A stretch of 64,000 nucleotides of DNA from Minisyncoccota bacterium (GCA_035548815.1 DASZSF010000005.1:182177-246176); one strand, 5' to 3'. Shown: positions 17,627 to 27,141, numbered from the stretch's first letter. Numbers and translations are program-made. The notes: a model not told the origin generated them from the sequence alone.

Positions 17627-18775
17627 TTAGACCTTAATTGTTTTGAGGAATCGAGGCAGGGCAGCGAGTTCGACGATGGTTTGGGACGAGTTGTTCGCTG
17701 CACGAACGATGACTGTGTGGTCGAGCGCTTCGCGTTGGCCCATGATGATGAGGTGCGACACGCCCTGCTGTTTTGCCGACTCAAGCTGCGGTGTGAGGCT
17801 CTTGGCGTCGAATGACTGCGCCACAGGCACGCCCGCCGAGCGGAGCATGTCGACGACGGTCAAACCCTCAAGCTTGGCGCGAGTGCCTAATTGCACAAAG
17901 TACACTTTTGGATTTTTAGATGTTGCATGGGGGGTAAAATGCGAACGGACGGCGCCTTTTTTGCGAAAGAAGATGCTTGCAGACACCATGCTGCCTTCTT
18001 TGCGGTTGCTTAATTTGCGCAGGTAGTCGTCGTAGCGGCCTCCGTGTGTGCCGAGTATTGTTGCGTCGTCGTTTTCGAGGTCGAGTGCGAATACAAGACG
18101 CGGGTCGCGTTCGTCGCCCACGAGCAAGTCGTCAAGTTCGTAGGGGAGCCCGAGCTTTTCAACATGTTCAAGAACGTCCTTGAAATGCACGCGGCTCTTT
18201 TCTGAGAGGAAGTTCATTGCGCGAGGGCCTTCTTGGATGACAGTTCTGCATGCTTCTCCTTGGCAGTTATAGAGCGCGAATGGATTGTGGGCTAGATTTT
18301 CGCGGCAGCAGTCGCCAACCTCGTTTCCGCGCTTGCGCATAAAGCCCGAAAGCTCACGTTCGAAGCGATTCTTTGAGTCGCGGTCGCCGAGCGTGTTGAT
18401 GCGTACGCGAGAGACGCCTGCGCCCCACTCGTTCAGTATCGCAAACAGTGTTTTCAATATAAGCACTTCGCCCAAACTGTCGGGCGAGCCTGACACTTGC
18501 AACCCAAATTCACCCGTGTCCTTTGGCGAGTATGCGCCAGGCATGTGCGAGGGCACAGGGGATGCGTAGTAGGAAAGAATAGGGTCCTTAGGCTTTTGCG
18601 CGAGCAATGCAGACGTCATGTGAGCTGCCGCAGCAAACGAATGATTTCCTCGAATGCGGTCGACGCTCGGTACCAAACGCTCCACCTCTTTGACAGGGCG
18701 GAATCCGTAAAAACTCGAAACATCTGCAGCGTGCTTTATGAACGATGCGGGCGAAAGTCTCTGTGGTGCACTCAC
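17627..18775 (-). CDS. Degenerate histidyl-tRNA synthetase paralog (HisS/HisZ-like) with anticodon-binding domain
   Basis: INTLGD, HFKDVLEHVEKLGLPY, GGRYDD, IIMGQREA; motif 2 not recognisable. Confidence 0.75.
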   Translation of the reverse strand: MSAPQRLSPASFIKHAADVSSFYGFRPVKEVERLVPSVDRIRGNHSFAAAAHMTSALLAQKPKDPILSYYASPVPSHMPGAYSPKDTGEFGLQVSGSPDSLGEVLILKTLFAILNEWGAGVSRVRINTLGDRDSKNRFERELSGFMRKRGNEVGDCCRENLAHNPFALYNCQGEACRTVIQEGPRAMNFLSEKSRVHFKDVLEHVEKLGLPYELDDLLVGDERDPRLVFALDLENDDATILGTHGGRYDDYLRKLSNRKEGSMVSASIFFRKKGAVRSHFTPHATSKNPKVYFVQLGTRAKLEGLTVVDMLRSAGVPVAQSFDAKSLTPQLESAKQQGVSHLIIMGQREALDHTVIVRAANNSSQTIVELAALPRFLKTIKV

Positions 18776-18799
18776 GGTATGTAAAGTTACCTCTGGTAA

Positions 18800-19357
18800 T
18801 TACTGCGGCTCGGCGTGATGCCCTGGGAACACACCGACTTGTTGGATGGGAAGCAAGCGAACAAACACGCGGCCGACGATGTCATTACGAGGAAGCATGC
18901 CCCAAATGCGAGAGTCAGAGCTTTCCGGACGATTGTCGCCCATCACGAAGTATTGGTCGAGCGGTACGGTGTAGTCGGTGTCGCTGCCGTTGCCGTGGTT
19001 TACGACGTATGACTCATCAAGTTGTACGGACGAGCCATCGGGTTTGGTAACTGAAATGTTATTGCCGCGAATGTGCACGACGTCGCCTGGCAACCCGATG
19101 ATGCGCTTGATGAAGAACTGCGACGGGTCCTTAGGATAGCGAAATACGATGACGTCGCCGCGCCCGGGGCTGCTGAAATGGTAGGTAAGCTCGTCAATGA
19201 TGAGATACTGCGCGTCTTCGAATGTTGGCACCATGGAAACTCCCGACACAATGAAGGGTTGCGCAACAAAAAGACGCATCGGGAGGACGATGACGACTGC
19301 AACGAGAGCAAATTTCAGGAGTTCGGTGAAAAAATTCTCACGTTTCTCCTCTGGCAT
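18800..19357 (-). CDS. lepB: Signal peptidase I
   Basis: VSGVSMVPT, RGDVIVF, IKRIIGLPGD, MGDNRPESSDSR. Confidence 0.95.
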   Translation of the reverse strand: MPEEKRENFFTELLKFALVAVVIVLPMRLFVAQPFIVSGVSMVPTFEDAQYLIIDELTYHFSSPGRGDVIVFRYPKDPSQFFIKRIIGLPGDVVHIRGNNISVTKPDGSSVQLDESYVVNHGNGSDTDYTVPLDQYFVMGDNRPESSDSRIWGMLPRNDIVGRVFVRLLPIQQVGVFPGHHAEPQ

Positions 19358-19432
19358 GGAGCAATTGTACGCTTCTTTTTCTCCAATGCAAGCTTGCCCG
19401 CCGCTAGGAGGGTTTTGTGATACACTTTTGCA

Positions 19433-19990
19433 ATGAATTGGATAATCGCAGGCCTCGGGAACCCGGGTGAAGAGTACGTTGGGACGCGCCACAACGTCGG
19501 ACGTGAGTTTTTGATGGAGATTCAGAAGAAGAACGGCGACGCAAAAACACTCTTTGGCAAAAAAGTCACTGTCGTGTTGCCTGATACGTACATGAACAAC
19601 TCCGGCGCTGCGTTTAAGAAGCTTGTCACAAGCAAAAAACAGGCAGAAATGTTTGCGGTGCTCCAAGATGAGCTCGATTTGCCACTTGGGAAAGTTAAGA
19701 TCTCATTTGGCTCGTCATCGGGCGGACACAACGGCATCAAATCTGTCGAGAAAGCTATCAAAACAAAAGACTACGTGCGAATTCGCATCGGCATTTCTCC
19801 TGCAACACCATCAGGCAAGCTCAAAAAACCATCTGGCGAAGATGATGTCGTTAAGTTTGTGCTTGGTAAGTTCAAAGCGAGCGAACAAGAAAAATTAAAG
19901 AAATCAAAAAAGCTCGTGCGCGACGCGATCGAGCTTCTTGTGACCGATGGTCGCGACCGCGCGACCATGGAGATTCACTCTAGGCAGTAA
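19433..19990 (+). CDS. pth: Peptidyl-tRNA hydrolase
   Basis: GLGNPG..TRHNVG, TYMNNSG, GGHNGIKS, RIRIGI. Confidence 0.96.
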   Translation: MNWIIAGLGNPGEEYVGTRHNVGREFLMEIQKKNGDAKTLFGKKVTVVLPDTYMNNSGAAFKKLVTSKKQAEMFAVLQDELDLPLGKVKISFGSSSGGHNGIKSVEKAIKTKDYVRIRIGISPATPSGKLKKPSGEDDVVKFVLGKFKASEQEKLKKSKKLVRDAIELLVTDGRDRATMEIHSRQ

Positions 19991-19992
19991 AT

Positions 19993-20367
19993 ATGCATAC
20001 ACAGCAAGACGAAGTGCGCAGCTTCTTAAAACAATATGAGAAAGCAACTAATTCTCACGAGTTCAAAAACGTCGCGCCCTTAATACATCCCAAAGCGGTG
20101 TATTGGTTTACTGACGGAACCTTTGCGGGCAGGAAACAAATTGGTAAAGCCTTCGTCGAAACATGGGATTCTATTCAAAATGAAATCTATTCGATATCGA
20201 AAGTTAAGATAGTTGCTTACACACCGGCATCGGCAACGGTGAGTTATATATTCAATTGGAAAGGAAAAGTAAAAGGTAAACTAAAAAGTGGTTCAGGTCG
20301 GGGAACGAATGTATTGCTAAAAGAAAAAGGGAAATGGAGTGTAATTCACGAACACTTGAGCAGGTAA
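19993..20367 (+). CDS. NTF2/SnoaL-like (DUF4440-type) protein
   Basis: Size and GRGTNVL..WSVIHEHLS C-terminus; AT-richer than neighbours. Confidence 0.8.
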   Translation: MHTQQDEVRSFLKQYEKATNSHEFKNVAPLIHPKAVYWFTDGTFAGRKQIGKAFVETWDSIQNEIYSISKVKIVAYTPASATVSYIFNWKGKVKGKLKSGSGRGTNVLLKEKGKWSVIHEHLSR

Positions 20368-20407
20368 CTTTATCAAAATTTGATATGCGTTCTGTTAGCG
20401 TTTAGCT

Positions 20408-20478
20408 AAGCCGGTAGCCTGGGGCGGCATGAGTATTAGTACACTTGCTGTCGAGGGTTCGATTCCCTCTGCCGGCTT
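20408..20478 (+). ncRNA. Aberrant tRNA-like element
   Basis: Perfect T arm gaggg-ttcgatt-ccctc; closing stem aagccggta/tgccggctt; reduced D arm; 8-nt anticodon-position loop; no CCA. Confidence 0.6.
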
Positions 20479-20483
20479 CGTTA

Positions 20484-20513
20484 TTGACAAGACTTTTCGA
20501 ACCAAGGTATACT
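20484..20513 (+). promoter_or_regulatory. Promoter TTGACA-N18-TATACT with no convincing gene before the terminator
   Basis: Near-consensus boxes about 50 nt upstream of a terminator. Confidence 0.6.
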
Positions 20514-20560
20514 AAAGGAGTACTAATACTCATGTCGCGCAGTCGAATTGACTCGATGGC

Positions 20561-20599
20561 AAACAAAAAACCTCCGCGCGATGCGGAGGTTTTTTGTTT
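20561..20599. terminator. Bidirectional intrinsic terminator (rpsA 3' end)
   Basis: aaacaaaaaacctccgc-gcgat-gcggaggttttttgttt. Confidence 0.85.
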
Positions 20600-20613
20600 T
20601 ATAACTATCTGTT

Positions 20614-21708
20614 TTATTTCTTGTCGCCTGCGAATGCGAGGGCCATGCGCATTTCCTTCGGATCAAAGAGGGAAATGGTGAATGGGTAGCGCTTGCCGAG
20701 CTCGAGCGAGCCGCGGAGCTTGTCTTCGCCGCCGAATTCAGACACATGCACGAGGCCTGCAATGCCTTCTTCAATAGATGCGAGTGCGCCGTGTTTGTTG
20801 AATTTGATGACAACGCCTTCGACTTTGTCGCCCTTGTTGTATTTGCCTGCAGCTTCCTGCCATGGGTTTGGTTTGAGTGCTTTGACTGAAAGCGAGATCT
20901 TGCCTTCCTTGATGTCGATTATCTTTACTTTGACGCGATCGCCAACTTTAAAGAAGTGGCGCGGGTCATCAACGAGGCCCCAGTCGATTTCAGAGATGTG
21001 GACCAAGCCTTCCAAGCCTTCTTCGAGCTTCACAAAGACGCCGAAGTCGACCATGCCGGTGACTTCGCCTTCAAGCGTGTCGCCAACCTGGTAGTTGGAA
21101 ATGAGTTCGCGCTTTTCTTTATCATCAGCACCCTTTTCAGAGAAGATAAGCTTGCCTTCCTTTGGCATTGCTGAAATGACCGAGACAGGGAGCTTGGTGC
21201 CAACGAGTTTGCGGAGTTCGTCGAGGATCTTGTCCTTGTCGCCGTCTTGGACGCGAGGGTAGTGTTCCGCTTTGAGCTGGGACGCCGGGAGGAAGCCCAT
21301 GATGCCCTGCCATTCAAGGATAAGACCGCCCTTGTTTGCTTCCTTAACCATCAAGTCGAACTGAAGTTTGTTTTTGACTGCCTCTTCAGCTTCAGCCCAG
21401 ATAATTGCCTGACGCGCTTCCTTAAGCGAAAGCTCGATGTAGCCGTCCTTAGTGTCGGTTGCGATGACCTTGGCTTGCACCACGTCGCCAACGTTGACGC
21501 GCTTTATGACTTCGCGCGCGTTCATGTATTCGCGGCCAAAGATGACGCCGGTGCCAAACGGAGGCAAGTCGATGTAGAGCTTAGCGCGGTCGAGCGCCAA
21601 GACGGTACCTTCAATAATGTCGCCTTCTTTCGGCGGCATTTGTGCCTGCTCTGCGAACATCGCCATTACAGACGACGGGATAGACCCTTCTTCAAGTTTC
21701 TCTGCCAT
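20614..21708 (-). CDS. rpsA: 30S ribosomal protein S1 (4 S1 domains)
   Basis: Repeated S1 motifs (GFLPASQL, DFGVFV..EGLVHISEI, AGLVHVSEF). Confidence 0.88.
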   Translation of the reverse strand: MAEKLEEGSIPSSVMAMFAEQAQMPPKEGDIIEGTVLALDRAKLYIDLPPFGTGVIFGREYMNAREVIKRVNVGDVVQAKVIATDTKDGYIELSLKEARQAIIWAEAEEAVKNKLQFDLMVKEANKGGLILEWQGIMGFLPASQLKAEHYPRVQDGDKDKILDELRKLVGTKLPVSVISAMPKEGKLIFSEKGADDKEKRELISNYQVGDTLEGEVTGMVDFGVFVKLEEGLEGLVHISEIDWGLVDDPRHFFKVGDRVKVKIIDIKEGKISLSVKALKPNPWQEAAGKYNKGDKVEGVVIKFNKHGALASIEEGIAGLVHVSEFGGEDKLRGSLELGKRYPFTISLFDPKEMRMALAFAGDKK

Positions 21709-21740
21709 ATAATTATTGATTTGTACGGTGGGGGTTCTAG

Positions 21741-21763
21741 CTTGTCTCGAGCTAGTCGAGAGA
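21741..21763. repeat. Short REP-like repeat (valS-type) in rpsA leader
   Basis: cttg tctc gagc t agtcga gaga. Confidence 0.65.
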
Positions 21764-21793
21764 TGGGCTAGAGGTTACCTTCACGCGCTGTTT

Positions 21794-21869
21794 CTAATAT
21801 GCAAGCATATTAGCTGCGCTCGCTCGGATAGAGAAAATAAACTTTCTCCTCCTCGCTCGCTTGCTAATA
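21794..21869. repeat. X-X'-core-X element in rpsA leader
   Basis: ctaata..tattag, cgctcgctcgga..taaactt..ctcgctcgct, ctaata; core shared with 30026-30109. Confidence 0.7.
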
Positions 21870-21896
21870 AAAAGCACGAGGCTTTCTATTGCGCAC

Positions 21897-21925
21897 ACTA
21901 TATAAAAGAAAGGGAGGCTTTGCAA
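21897..21925 (-). promoter_or_regulatory. rpsA promoter TTGCAA-N17-TATAGT
   Basis: Minus-strand boxes with 17-nt spacer, implying a leader of about 180 nt. Confidence 0.55.
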
Positions 21926-22032
21926 GATATACAAACTATGAGCCCCGGGTGTCCTGTCCCCGGGGCTGTTCGGGCCGAGTGGCCCAGTGCGCCTAATATA
22001 GGCCAGCCAGAGCGGCGCTCTCTAGCTGGCGA

Positions 22033-22101
22033 TCATCGCCCAAGTGCGAAAAAGATCTCCTTGTTGATGGGGGAACCACGAATCGCGATGTACGAATTCA
22101 T
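22033..22101 (-). CDS. Possible 22-aa peptide MNSYIAIRGSPINKEIFFALGR in a structured transcript
   Basis: TCGACA-N17-TATGGT promoter, AGGGAG SD, several downstream hairpins. Confidence 0.35.
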   Translation of the reverse strand: MNSYIAIRGSPINKEIFFALGR

Positions 22102-22265
22102 CACGACACTCCCTGCTGCGTGGAAGCGCATGTTCGGCCCCGCGAGTGCCCGAACATCTTCACCATAATCTCATAACGTATTTTTGTCGAGCTGGGAAAC
22201 TGGGGAAAGAGATTGGCCCGACGCACAGCGGAGTGTGGTCGGGCCGGATTCTGGCGAGGGGTCGT

Positions 22266-22487
22266 CTAGTCGATTTGTAAAAAAATCTGGCTCTGTGGGC
22301 TGTCGTCCACCGGAGCGAGATGTTCATTGGCTTGGAAGGCGCGTTCAGCAAACTCTTGCTCGAGAGCAGCCTTTCGAGCGCGCCTTCTTTGTTGGGCAAC
22401 TTTGCCGCCCTTACGCCCCATGAGGCGCAGAGCCTGTCTGTCGTCCCGTAGTCTAGCGAGGGCGACTTCAATCGGTACATTTCGCAT
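22266..22487 (-). CDS. Small basic protein with KGG-like motif
   Basis: MGRKGGK motif; GAGGT SD; TTGACA at 22552-22557; hairpin 22215-22245 downstream. Confidence 0.65.
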   Translation of the reverse strand: MRNVPIEVALARLRDDRQALRLMGRKGGKVAQQRRRARKAALEQEFAERAFQANEHLAPVDDSPQSQIFLQID

Positions 22488-22691
22488 AACCACCTCTGCG
22501 CTATCAAGTGGTTGTACGCTACTGCTTATATTTTCTCACGAATCCAATTTTTGTCAAATTTGATAGGTGTATAAAGTCGAAGCCCCTCTCCCAAAAAGAC
22601 ACATGGGAGAGGGGCGGAACGAAGCCGGGGCCTGATGCATGAAGTGATTCATGCACTCATGCGAATCAATCCCCGGCGGCCGCGCCGGCGA

Positions 22692-22841
22692 TCAGGCCGG
22701 GCAGATGGCGTCGTAGATGGCGCCGAAGTCGATCATGACGTTGTGGACCGGGCCGCTGGGGGTCACATTGGCGGGGCCGGTGCCGACGATGTCGATCGAG
22801 GCAATGTGGGTAAAGGACTTCAAATTCAAACGGATCGTCAT
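22692..22841 (-). CDS. 49-aa hypothetical peptide (orphan cassette)
   Basis: TTGACA-N17-TATAGT (22910 to 22882), AGGAGG, GC3-rich codons, hairpin near 22583-22615. Confidence 0.55.
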   Translation of the reverse strand: MTIRLNLKSFTHIASIDIVGTGPANVTPSGPVHNVMIDFGAIYDAICPA

Positions 22842-22982
22842 TTTGTCTGCGTAGCCTCCTGTTGCTGCTTCAGACACAATCACTATACGCACTCCATTTT
22901 TTTCTGTCAAGTCAAGTTTGCGGAGCCTTCAAATTAGTAAATATGGACTGATTTTTTGATGAAAACATGCTATAATAAAGGG

Positions 22983-23603
22983 GTGATAATCAGCTATTTC
23001 GGGGGAGCGTGCTTTAAGATTTCCCAGGGCGATTTAACCTTGGCCTTCAACCTTCCCTCAAAAGATTCCAAACAAAAGAGCGTACGCTTTGGTTCGGACA
23101 TTGTGCTCGTGAGCCAAAACCATGAAGACTTCAACGGAACTGAAAACGCGAGCTTCGGCGAACGCGAACCGTTTGTCATCAAAGGCCCGGGCGAATATGA
23201 AATAAAAGAAATTGGCGTGCGCGGGTTCGGTTCAGAAACCAACTACGGTGGAGGTACGCACATCAATACTATATATAGTGTGGCGTTTGAAGGAATGAAC
23301 CTCTGCTTCTTGGGCAGCTTGGGCACGACAGATATGCCAATGGCTGCCAAGCAGGAGCTCGATAATATAGACATCCTCTTCGTGCCAGTGGGCGGGGGAG
23401 GCGTGCTCGACTACGCAGCTGCATACAAGTTAGCTGTGGGGTTGGAACCTAAAGCAATAATCCCGATGCAGTATGATGCCTCGTCGCTCAAATCATTTTT
23501 GAAAGAGGCGGGCGCAGAAAAAACCGAAAGCATTGAAAAGCTCACGGTTAAGAAGAAAGACCTCGACGGCAAAGAAGCGGAAATAATCGTTCTCTCTGCA
23601 TAA
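22983..23603 (+). CDS. MBL-fold protein with degenerate metal site
   Basis: GPGEYEIKEI, DILFVPVGG, IIPMQY; SQNHEDFN in place of HxHxDH. Confidence 0.8.
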   Translation: MIISYFGGACFKISQGDLTLAFNLPSKDSKQKSVRFGSDIVLVSQNHEDFNGTENASFGEREPFVIKGPGEYEIKEIGVRGFGSETNYGGGTHINTIYSVAFEGMNLCFLGSLGTTDMPMAAKQELDNIDILFVPVGGGGVLDYAAAYKLAVGLEPKAIIPMQYDASSLKSFLKEAGAEKTESIEKLTVKKKDLDGKEAEIIVLSA

Positions 23604-23607
23604 ATCT

Positions 23608-23889
23608 ATGTTGAAACGCTACCTCGATCACGTTCAGTCAAAGCCGACACATCATCGCCGCCAGCATGCGGTGCAAGTCGCGGCTATGCTCACGGCTCTT
23701 GCGTTTGTTGTGTGGATCACGACGCTACCGCTCCGCTTTGGCGGTGCAGGAAATATAACTTCGACTGACGGAACAAATGGAAGTTCAGACCAGACACAGC
23801 TTGCAGGCGTTGGTGCGGCAGATACAAATGGCACCAATGACAGCGGTTTGCAGGTTGTCGGGGCGACGAGCACATTCAGCAACTACTAA
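23608..23889 (+). CDS. Small single-TM hypothetical protein
   Basis: Basic N-terminus (KPTHHRRQ), TM helix, low-complexity tail. Confidence 0.65.
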   Translation: MLKRYLDHVQSKPTHHRRQHAVQVAAMLTALAFVVWITTLPLRFGGAGNITSTDGTNGSSDQTQLAGVGAADTNGTNDSGLQVVGATSTFSNY

Positions 23890-23907
23890 TAACGATAGAA
23901 CGGACGT

Positions 23908-26358
23908 ATGGCAGATGAGGAAAAAATTGAACAAGGTGTAGTCGGGCGTAACATCTCCGCAGAAATGCGCGAGTCGTATTTGGACTACGCGATGAGCGTC
24001 ATCACCTCGCGTGCCTTGCCTGACGTGCGCGACGGTTTGAAGCCCGTACACCGCCGCATTCTCTACACCATGCATCGCTTGGGGCTTACTCCAGGTGCAC
24101 GCTTCCGCAAGTCGGCATTGGTGGTGGGCGATGTGCTTGGTAAATACCATCCGCACGGCGACGCCGCGGTGTACGACGCGATGGTCAAAATGGCGCAGGA
24201 CTTTGCGATGCGCTACCCGCTGATTTTAGGCCAGGGCAACTTTGGCTCAATTGACGGCGACTCGGCCGCTGCAATGCGTTACACCGAAGCGAAGATGTCG
24301 CGCGTGTCAGAACTTTTGCTCACAGACCTTGAGAAGGACACCGTCAATTGGCGCCCCAACTACGACGCAACGCTCGAAGAGCCGGAAGTATTGCCCGCAG
24401 CCGTACCAAACATTTTGCTTAACGGGACGTTGGGAATCGCCGTTGGTATGGCAACGTCGATCCCGCCGCACAACCTCACGGAAGTTACGAACGCACTCAC
24501 ACATTTGATAGAAAATCCGCAGGCGACGACGGAAGATTTGATGGAGCACATTTCAGGCCCCGACTTCCCGACAGGCGCTATCGCATTCAATAAAAAAGAT
24601 TTGTTGCATGCCTACAGCACAGGCCGCGGCGGCGTCGTTACGCGCGGCAATGCAGAAATTGTTGAAGGCAAAAAAGGCGATTTCCAAATTGTCATCACGA
24701 GCATCCCGTACCGCGTCAACAAAGCCGACCTCATCATGCGCATCGCCGACTTGGTGCACGAGAAAAAACTTGAAGGTGTTCGCGGCCTTCGCGATGAGTC
24801 GACCAAGGACATTCGTGTTGTTATCGAATTGAAGGGCGGCGCGCATCCTCAAAAAGTTTTGAACTATCTCTACAAGCACACGGCGCTTGAAGATACCTTC
24901 CACTTCAACATGGTGTTGCTTGCTGATGGCGTGCCGCAGACGATGTCGCTCAAAGGCATCTTGGAGGAATTCATCAAACACCGCCGCGAAGTTGTGCGCC
25001 GCCGCACGCTCTTTGACCTCACGAAGGCGCAGGAACGCGAGCACATCTTGCTCGGCCTTTCAAAAGCGCTCGACCACATCGACGAGGTCATCAAAGTTAT
25101 TCGCGCATCAAAGGATGTTGCAGAGGCGGAAGTAAATCTTGTTAAGAAATTTAAATTCACAAATATTCAGGCGCAGGCAATTTTAGAAATGCGCCTCTCG
25201 CGTTTGGCAAACCTCGAGCGCAAGAAGATTGAAGACGAATTGGATGAAGTCCAGGCTCGCATCAAGGAGTGGACCGAATTGCTCGCAAGCGACAAAAAAA
25301 TGCTTGGCGTGGTGAAGACCGAAATTGTTGAAGCAAACAAGCGCTTTGCCGACGACCGCAAGACAAAAGTTATGAAAGGCGCAGCAGGCGTCATTAATGT
25401 TGAAGACTTAGTTGCCGACCAGGAGCAGGTGCTCGTACTCACGGCAGGCGGCTACGTAAAGCGCACCAACCCCGACGAATATCGCAGGCAAAAGCGCGGT
25501 GGCGTGGGCGTGATTGACCTAAACACCAAGGAAGAGGACTTCGTGACGACCTTCCTCACGACATCGACGCACTCGGACCTTTTGTTCTTCTCCGACCTTG
25601 GCAAGGCGTATCAAATCAAGATGTACGACATTCCGGAAGGCAAACGCTCGACCAAGGGCAAGGCCGTGGTGAACTTCCTTTCTGTTACTGACACGGAAAA
25701 GATTTCGTCGGTGCTCCCGATGCGCAAGACTGAAAAAGAAGGCGAGCGCTTCCTCTATATGATCACCAAAAAAGGCATCGCAAAGAAGGTTGATGCGACG
25801 TCGTTCCACGATGTGCGCCGCTCGGGGCTCATTGCAATCAAACTCCAAGCAGGAGATGAGCTCATTGCAGCACTCTTGGTAGAAAAGGGAGATGAAATTT
25901 TCCTTTCGTCTGCAAAGGGCCAGTCAATTCGATTTAAAGAAGGCGACATCCGCCCGATGGGCCGCGCTGCTGGCGGCGTCCGCGCGATGAAGTTGGGCGC
26001 AGGCGATGTTATCGTCGGCGCTGACGTGATTCCAAAAGGCGCTAAAAATATAGAAGTACTCGTTGTTTCAAAGAACGGCTACGGCAAGGCAACCGGCATT
26101 GATGAATACAAAGTTCAGGGCCGCGGCGGCTCGGGCATCAAGACGATGCAGATGACCACCAAAACTGGCCCACTGATCACCTCGCGCCTCATCACTCGTG
26201 CAGAAGGCGGCGAAGAAGAAATAGTTGTTATCTCCAAAAAGGGCCAAGTCATCCGCACCGGCCTCGATGAAATCAAAACCCAATCTCGCTCGACCCAAGG
26301 CGTCCGCATCATGAAACTCCGCGACGGCGACGCAATCGCAAGCTTCGTTTGTCTCTAA
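23908..26358 (+). CDS. gyrA: DNA gyrase subunit A
   Basis: [15 protein letters not shown], GyrA box QKRGGVG, C-terminal beta-pinwheel repeats. Confidence 0.98.
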   Translation: MADEEKIEQGVVGRNISAEMRESYLDYAMSVITSRALPDVRDGLKPVHRRILYTMHRLGLTPGARFRKSALVVGDVLGKYHPHGDAAVYDAMVKMAQDFAMRYPLILGQGNFGSIDGDSAAAMRYTEAKMSRVSELLLTDLEKDTVNWRPNYDATLEEPEVLPAAVPNILLNGTLGIAVGMATSIPPHNLTEVTNALTHLIENPQATTEDLMEHISGPDFPTGAIAFNKKDLLHAYSTGRGGVVTRGNAEIVEGKKGDFQIVITSIPYRVNKADLIMRIADLVHEKKLEGVRGLRDESTKDIRVVIELKGGAHPQKVLNYLYKHTALEDTFHFNMVLLADGVPQTMSLKGILEEFIKHRREVVRRRTLFDLTKAQEREHILLGLSKALDHIDEVIKVIRASKDVAEAEVNLVKKFKFTNIQAQAILEMRLSRLANLERKKIEDELDEVQARIKEWTELLASDKKMLGVVKTEIVEANKRFADDRKTKVMKGAAGVINVEDLVADQEQVLVLTAGGYVKRTNPDEYRRQKRGGVGVIDLNTKEEDFVTTFLTTSTHSDLLFFSDLGKAYQIKMYDIPEGKRSTKGKAVVNFLSVTDTEKISSVLPMRKTEKEGERFLYMITKKGIAKKVDATSFHDVRRSGLIAIKLQAGDELIAALLVEKGDEIFLSSAKGQSIRFKEGDIRPMGRAAGGVRAMKLGAGDVIVGADVIPKGAKNIEVLVVSKNGYGKATGIDEYKVQGRGGSGIKTMQMTTKTGPLITSRLITRAEGGEEEIVVISKKGQVIRTGLDEIKTQSRSTQGVRIMKLRDGDAIASFVCL

Positions 26359-26393
26359 ATTGACAAAAAATATGAAGGTGTCATGCTTCGGGC

Positions 26394-27140
26394 ATGGATG
26401 GTTTTTGGCCTTCTGCAAGTAAATGGTTTAGCGAAAAGACAAGTAGCCCTTTGTATTTTACGTACGTAGGTTTTTTTGTCGTTTGGAATTGGAAATTTTT
26501 TCAAATAATATTTTTAGAAAATTCTGCCCTATTTGAAAAACCCAGAGTTGAATATGTAACATCCAATCTATATCTTCATTGGGGACACGGTTTATTTTTA
26601 GATGGACTCACTAGCTTCCTGTGGCATACTCTTCCACCCGCAATTCTAACCATCATTGCGATATTATTTTTCCCGTATGCCCAAAAATGGGCACTTTTCT
26701 ATTATCTTGAAAGTCGTTTTGAACGAAAAAGAATGTTCCAGTCAAAACAACTTGAACATAATCAATGGTTATTGGATCAGGAAAAACTACGATCTCAAAC
26801 TTTGAAAGATATTGCCACTGAAAAAGTTGAACAGAAAAAAACTGAACGTGAGATAGATAGGGCAACAACTGATCAAGAAAAATGGGATTCTGAGTATAAT
26901 CTGTTGCGCAGTGAGGGAGTTTCCATTGACGCAGCTATCAATAACGCTGAGAAGATAATCTACGGCCATCGTGGTTATTATGGTACTGAGAAATATGAGG
27001 TAAATTATATTTCACCAGATGATCTTTCCTTACTTGATGGAGTAAATCTTATCAATATTCCACGAGGTCAAAATCTAATAGAATTTACAGAAAAAGGGAA
27101 ATATTTTGTGAGAGCAAGTAAAATCAGTAATGCATTTTAA
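26394..27140 (+). CDS. AT-rich hypothetical membrane protein with coiled coil
   Basis: Two TM segments, coiled coil; TTGACA at 26360; visibly low GC. Confidence 0.75.
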   Translation: MDGFWPSASKWFSEKTSSPLYFTYVGFFVVWNWKFFQIIFLENSALFEKPRVEYVTSNLYLHWGHGLFLDGLTSFLWHTLPPAILTIIAILFFPYAQKWALFYYLESRFERKRMFQSKQLEHNQWLLDQEKLRSQTLKDIATEKVEQKKTEREIDRATTDQEKWDSEYNLLRSEGVSIDAAINNAEKIIYGHRGYYGTEKYEVNYISPDDLSLLDGVNLINIPRGQNLIEFTEKGKYFVRASKISNAF

Positions 27141-27141
27141 A

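Noticed and set aside
20408-20478. tmRNA or tRNA-Sec
   Set aside because: Too short for tmRNA, no G3-U70 or tag frame; no TCA anticodon or long variable arm.
21716-22168. 150-aa plus-strand ORF
   Set aside because: Crosses the rpsA promoter, repeats and hairpins; expression signals here are on the minus strand.
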